From a virus (taxonomy: Duplodnaviria; Caudoviricetes), in IMG/VR virus record IMGVR_UViG_3300042321_000119, positions 1 through 38,082 of that record: DNA of 38,082 bases; one strand, 5' to 3'. Under the pieces are notes generated by a model. The model ran no database searches and was not told the origin of the DNA. It saw nothing but the letters and a program-made list of their open reading frames with translations. Below are positions 33,801-38,082 of the stretch, piece after piece. Positions within the stretch are counted from its first letter, which is position 1, and each line of letters starts with the position of its first letter. The position numbers were made by a program, and so were the translations under genes.

Positions 33801-35404
33801 GACGCAGTACCGCTCAGTTGCAGTTCGGCGCCCATGATGGCGACTTTCACCGGATCGGTACCGCTAATCTCGTATACGCGGTCACGCAACTTCAAGGTCA
33901 TGCCAAGGCGACGGAAGATAGCGCGAGTGCCGTATTGTCCAATACGACCCATAGACACTTGACGCTCGCCGTTCCAAGTGTGGCCGCCGTCATCAGACCA
34001 TCGCAACATTAACTGCGGGTTGGCGCCTGTCGTAGCGTTCAAATCCAAAATGATGTCTTCGCCGTTTTCGGTTTGCAGGATTTGCAACAACTCGGTGCCT
34101 AAATACACCTCGTCGTACAAGTCATAACCGTTTAAGCCAACGCCCGTTTCGCAATCAATTTGAAGCGAGTGGTGGGCAGTGCGCTTTAGGTCATTACCGC
34201 CTGTCGGCAACGCTCGCCAAGACCGCAGCCACTTTTGCGCAGCGCCAGCGTCGGCGTACACGTCCAGATCGAACGCATACAAGCGACCGTTTTGGTAATC
34301 ACCGATGACTGGATCACCGTTGAAACGAGCATGGGAGTTGCCACGGTGACGCTTAAAGTCGCCGTTGCGGAAACCAGCGCGTTCGTGCCACGCCCCCGTA
34401 GCCGCGTCAAACACCCACGTCGTGTCAGCGTTGGTAAAGTTCAGCACGTAGAACGTGTGACCGTCCTGCTGATACGTGTAGCCAACCGCGTCGGCAAGGT
34501 TCCCGTAACTCTGGATAGCAAACTCAACCGCGTGGGTTGAGATGCGAACGCCGGTATAACCGTTGGCACGGTATACAACGCCCTGACCCCGCGGGTCTGC
34601 GCCGAGCCAGAAGACGGAGTTGTCCATCTTGGCGACCGAGTACGGCGCAATACAGCCGATCTCGTTGTAGGCGCCTTGGATACGGGTGAGCGGAAAATCG
34701 GCATCGCCGGAGTTGTACCAGACCTCCACGGAGTTCGTGCCAAACAGCCACGCCTCTCGATGGTCAATGATCAGGGATACTAGCCCGTCTGGTGAACCCT
34801 CAGCGCTTGCAAAATCCAAGGGGTCAATCGACAAGCCATCCAATAGGCTTGTGACCCAGACACGTTGCGAGTTCGGTTCATTGAATACGAAGTAACCGTC
34901 AAGGTAACCAACCGTTACTGCACCCGGAAAGTCAGGGTCAGTAATTTGTTGGTATTCATTTGTTGCTGTGTTGTATATGTATCCGTCAGGATTTGCAGCA
35001 ATAAAAATCTGCGTGCCGTTATCAGTCATGGACACAGGCCCAGTGCCCGACACCAAGCCGATGTAAGCAGAGCCGCTTTCTAGAGAAATGGAATTGCCAT
35101 TCTCTAACAGAATAAAGCCGCCACCTTCTAGCAGCAGTTCATCGCCACCTACAAAATTGTAATTGGAGTCGAGTTTGTAAAACTCGTTACCTGAAACGAC
35201 GTACAGGTAATTACCAAGCGACCACAAACCACGGATAGGACCAGTTCCAATCGTGGTCTGTAGAGCCAAGCCGGGGCAGCGTTGCAGGTAGGCAGGCTCC
35301 TTGCCACCCTCGGGAATTACCTCTGGATAAAGATTGACCATCCGGTTGTCGGCTGCATTGACCGACCGGATTACATACGACGACCCGAGGATCGGCGTCT
35401 TCAT
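33797..35404 (-). CDS. Tail hub / packaged-DNA stabilization protein (P22 gp10-like)
   Basis: FASAEGSPD, EVWYNSG, YQQDGHTFYVL, LRWSDDGGHTW, RRLGM, RVYEISGTDPVK. Confidence 0.88.
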   Translation of the reverse strand: MKTPILGSSYVIRSVNAADNRMVNLYPEVIPEGGKEPAYLQRCPGLALQTTIGTGPIRGLWSLGNYLYVVSGNEFYKLDSNYNFVGGDELLLEGGGFILLENGNSISLESGSAYIGLVSGTGPVSMTDNGTQIFIAANPDGYIYNTATNEYQQITDPDFPGAVTVGYLDGYFVFNEPNSQRVWVTSLLDGLSIDPLDFASAEGSPDGLVSLIIDHREAWLFGTNSVEVWYNSGDADFPLTRIQGAYNEIGCIAPYSVAKMDNSVFWLGADPRGQGVVYRANGYTGVRISTHAVEFAIQSYGNLADAVGYTYQQDGHTFYVLNFTNADTTWVFDAATGAWHERAGFRNGDFKRHRGNSHARFNGDPVIGDYQNGRLYAFDLDVYADAGAAQKWLRSWRALPTGGNDLKRTAHHSLQIDCETGVGLNGYDLYDEVYLGTELLQILQTENGEDIILDLNATTGANPQLMLRWSDDGGHTWNGERQVSMGRIGQYGTRAIFRRLGMTLKLRDRVYEISGTDPVKVAIMGAELQLSGTAS

Positions 35405-36117
35405 TAGAAGTTGCCCGTAAAGATGTTAAAGCGCGGTCGGTTGACGAGCAGCGCCGCAGGCATTGCCATCAGGTCATCCGGGTTATTAATGCGCTTCAGA
35501 TCGCGCTTGCTAGTCATAGCAATGCGCTGCACCTGCGGAGAGGGTTCGACACCAAACTCCGCCGCAAGTTCACAAGCCAAGTTAAATCGGAAAGCCCGCA
35601 GGTATCCCGGCGGGAACGCCAAGTTAGTGTCTAGCGCGGCAGGTGTTGCCAGCGGTCGCACCGACACAAAGTGGAACTCCAGCACCTTGGTCGGCACCGG
35701 ATAGATATAGATCTCCACGTCCGGGTAGGTCATATTGACCCACATCAACTGCGGATACGTAGAGGTTACCGTTTTAACTGCAATACTGTTGTACTGCTGG
35801 TTATTGATCAGTTTAATGCCATACGACACGTTGGTCGAGGCGTCACGGAAATAGGTGGCGTCGTCCATCAAGATAGGACGCTCGGCTACGAACACGCCCG
35901 TTGGCCCCATCGTAATGGTGCGGACGTTAGGCAGCCAGTTATAGACCTGATCTTGGGTCGAGTAGACCGCCAGACGCTCGGTACTCCACGAGTCGAGCAT
36001 CTGGTTCAAAGCGGTGAGGGCGTCCTGCGACGTGGCCGCAGAAGGGACTTCGCCCTCGGCCAACTGCCCGATCAGCCGCAACGCGCCGTTGATTTGATCG
36101 GCAGCAGTTGTAGCCAT
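35404..36117 (-). CDS. Head-tail adaptor (P22 gp4-like)
   Basis: TAADQINGALRLIG...DALTALNQMLDSW...PPGYLRAFRFNLACEL. Confidence 0.82.
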   Translation of the reverse strand: MATTAADQINGALRLIGQLAEGEVPSAATSQDALTALNQMLDSWSTERLAVYSTQDQVYNWLPNVRTITMGPTGVFVAERPILMDDATYFRDASTNVSYGIKLINNQQYNSIAVKTVTSTYPQLMWVNMTYPDVEIYIYPVPTKVLEFHFVSVRPLATPAALDTNLAFPPGYLRAFRFNLACELAAEFGVEPSPQVQRIAMTSKRDLKRINNPDDLMAMPAALLVNRPRFNIFTGNF

Positions 36118-36120
36118 GAT

Positions 36121-36327
36121 TTACTCCTTACGGCGGCGACGCGTTCTCAACGCATTATGCTGAGAATCCCCCAGCGCCGCCACATCTGACGACGCCGAGG
36201 GTTCAGACTCATCAGGATTGGAGGGGTCAAACTCCTCCCATCCTTGTTCCATATCTTCCCTCGCTTCCATCCATGAGATAGCGATCTTTTCCCCATGTCT
36301 GGGGTGGCGAAGGTAGATATTGGACAT
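36121..36327 (-). CDS. Hypothetical protein (68 aa)
   Basis: MSNIYLRHPRHGEKIA...EQGWEEFDP...RRRRKE. Confidence 0.65.
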   Translation of the reverse strand: MSNIYLRHPRHGEKIAISWMEAREDMEQGWEEFDPSNPDESEPSASSDVAALGDSQHNALRTRRRRKE

Positions 36328-36328
36328 A

Positions 36329-36829
36329 TTACGAAACGCTGAAGTTGAGCATGTAGGCCGGGAACGTGACAGTGTTGGCAAGCGTGCCCGTTGCCGCAGC
36401 GCGGATACGGAGACGATCACCGGCTGCCACCACCAAATTGGCTGCCGTGCCGTTCAGCGACAAAACGCGCTGGGCATTAGCAGTCAAAGCAGTGCCACCC
36501 GTGGTCTTAGTCGTGTTGGCATCGGTCGCCGCCAGCATCGCTGCGGTGCCCGAACCAGACGTACCAAGGTTGGTGATAGTAAACGTGATGTAGTTAATAT
36601 CGCTTGCAGCCAACGCATCAACGCCTGAAAACCACGCAGCCGACAAAACGCCCGACACCGGAGCAATGACGAACACGTCACTGTTGCCAGTTGTCGTAAT
36701 CGTTGCGCCCTGCTGCGCTGCGCTGAATCCGCTACGCACGTTGGAATTAACGAGCGTGGCCGAGTCAAGCGAGCCGTTGATAATCGCCTGATCCGCAAAA
36801 GCAACACCAATCGCCTGTGTATTAGGCAT
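36329..36829 (-). CDS. Virion structural / decoration-like protein
   Basis: Thr/Ala-rich beta protein; AGGGG RBS. Confidence 0.65.
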   Translation of the reverse strand: MPNTQAIGVAFADQAIINGSLDSATLVNSNVRSGFSAAQQGATITTTGNSDVFVIAPVSGVLSAAWFSGVDALAASDINYITFTITNLGTSGSGTAAMLAATDANTTKTTGGTALTANAQRVLSLNGTAANLVVAAGDRLRIRAAATGTLANTVTFPAYMLNFSVS

Positions 36830-36850
36830 ATCAATACCCCTTTAGGTGGT

Positions 36851-36879
36851 GCCCCCGGCGAGTTTCCCCGCCGAGGGCG
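36851..36879. terminator. GC-rich intergenic hairpin (attenuator or mRNA stabiliser)
   Basis: GCCCCCGGCG...CGCCGAGGGC stem; no clear U tract. Confidence 0.45.
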
Positions 36880-36885
36880 TTGCCA

Positions 36886-37290
36886 TTACGAAATGCGGTA
36901 GACAGTCCACGTGCCAACGCCGGTCTTGCGGCAACGGAAGTGGCCGGACGAAGCCGCCGAAACCGCACCCGCGCCAACCAACGTCCAGCCCGTGCCGACA
37001 GCCACGGTGATTGCATCCGATCCCGACGCATCAATGTTGATGACGAAGAAGTCAAACGCCGAGTCAACCTTCTCGCCAATCGACGGGTAAGCAGCCTCAA
37101 GGAGAGCCACCGTAGGCAGGACAAGGTTGCCCGCCGTACCGTTGAAAGTGAAAAGACCCGCGACTAGTTCAGCAGGGGACGCCGTAGCGCCTGCCGTCAA
37201 AGCAAGCGGGGCAAGTTGTGGGAAAAACAACGGCTCGCCATTGTTGCCGTCGCCAACCTGATAACCGCCTGAACCATTAGGAAATGCCAT
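36886..37290 (-). CDS. Capsid decoration / cement protein (probable)
   Basis: Immediately follows the capsid gene; GGYQVGDGN, LPTVALL, FRCRKTGVGTWTVYR; GGAG RBS. Confidence 0.65.
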   Translation of the reverse strand: MAFPNGSGGYQVGDGNNGEPLFFPQLAPLALTAGATASPAELVAGLFTFNGTAGNLVLPTVALLEAAYPSIGEKVDSAFDFFVINIDASGSDAITVAVGTGWTLVGAGAVSAASSGHFRCRKTGVGTWTVYRIS

Positions 37291-37321
37291 ATTTAGTTAC
37301 TCCAAAAAGATAGGTTAATCA

Positions 37322-38082
37322 TTAGCCCCAGAGGCGGACAGCCATCTGCGGACGGATCACCGAGTAGCCATACAGCACGTCGATACGGCACGGCATACGG
37401 TCGTTGTTGATGTCGTACTGACGAACAACGCGCATGGAGACACCGTTGTGGACCTGACGCGAAGCCATGTCAACGCCCTGCGGGAGCAGGAGGTCAGCCG
37501 TGGCAAACGCAATCGCGTCGCGGTGATACACGAGGTTCTGCGGGTACTGGCTTGAAGCGCCACCCAAGAACGTCACAGCGGCGCTGTTCTGCGGGAACGA
37601 ATCCACCGTCGCAAGCGCATTGCCAGAAGTGTAAATCGCCGGAGCAATCTTCACGTTGGTGAACGCGCTGGCAGCAGCAGTGATGTCCTCAGTGACCACG
37701 AACTGCTGGAGCGAGCCAGTCGATTCGCGGGTCTGCGGGTTGACAGCGAACACGTTAGCAATCGTGAACACGTCGCCCTTCTTCAGGGTGTTGCCCGTCG
37801 TTCCGTTGAGCGTAATGGTCGCCTGACCCTGCGTAGAAACCGTACCGTTCACCGTGATGGTGCCCGTGCGGCTGCCGGTCGTGAACTGCTTAATCGACTG
37901 CGACATGGCAAGTTCGTCGTAACCGAGGATGCCTTCGCCCATCAAGCCGCTCTTAAACTGCTTGCTGATCGTGGACACCGGGTTAAACAAGCCCTTCATG
38001 CCTTCCACGAGCGCGGCGTTAGCAGCCGGGTTCACGGTGGCGTAGCGGGGCGACATGCCAGCAGCGGCTTCGTTCAACTTCT
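37322..38082 (-). CDS. Major capsid protein, C-terminal part (allele B; 5' end beyond the window)
   Basis: QNLVYHRDAIAFATADL, SMRVVRQYDINNDRMPCRIDVLYG: P22 coat-like C-terminus. Confidence 0.93.
   Translation of the reverse strand, partial: KLNEAAAGMSPRYATVNPAANAALVEGMKGLFNPVSTISKQFKSGLMGEGILGYDELAMSQSIKQFTTGSRTGTITVNGTVSTQGQATITLNGTTGNTLKKGDVFTIANVFAVNPQTRESTGSLQQFVVTEDITAAASAFTNVKIAPAIYTSGNALATVDSFPQNSAAVTFLGGASSQYPQNLVYHRDAIAFATADLLLPQGVDMASRQVHNGVSMRVVRQYDINNDRMPCRIDVLYGYSVIRPQMAVRLWG
37399..38082. repeat. Imperfect terminal direct repeat, right copy (matches 1-684)
   Basis: Direct comparison of the two ends. Confidence 0.95.

Overview
The window is an essentially complete, circularly permuted genome (unit length about 37,398 bp) of a tailed dsDNA phage with P22-like podovirus morphogenesis genes. 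It opens inside the major capsid gene. Bases 1-684 recur, colinear but imperfectly, at 37399-38082 and encode a second capsid allele. Late genes are on the minus strand: terS, terL, four basic microproteins, portal, ferritin-like protein, a receptor-binding cassette (fibre, triple Gly-rich adhesin, helper proteins, 2OG-Fe(II) oxygenase, beta-helix tailspike), scaffold, capsid, decoration proteins, gp4/gp10-like tail proteins, a second fibre plus Gly-rich adhesin, ejection proteins and lysis genes. A short plus-strand early operon (gp88-like protein, small ORFs) follows a motif-rich non-coding region. A recombination/replication block carries ERF, a YqaJ exonuclease, an SSB-like protein and an SF3-type helicase. 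I see no integrase, CI repressor, DNA polymerase, tRNA, CRISPR or reverse transcriptase. Most promising leads: (i) an apparent modular docking code for receptor-binding proteins (acidic LLLE repeats, KISxL N-termini, a shared fibre-tip domain followed by a Gly-rich adhesin); (ii) an unannotated, highly paired RNA of about 170-230 nt between an HNH gene and terS; (iii) a plasmid-style countertranscript plus leader peptide upstream of the helicase; (iv) an array of palindromic boxes at the probable genome end. Family assignments come from recognising motifs by eye; no searches were run.
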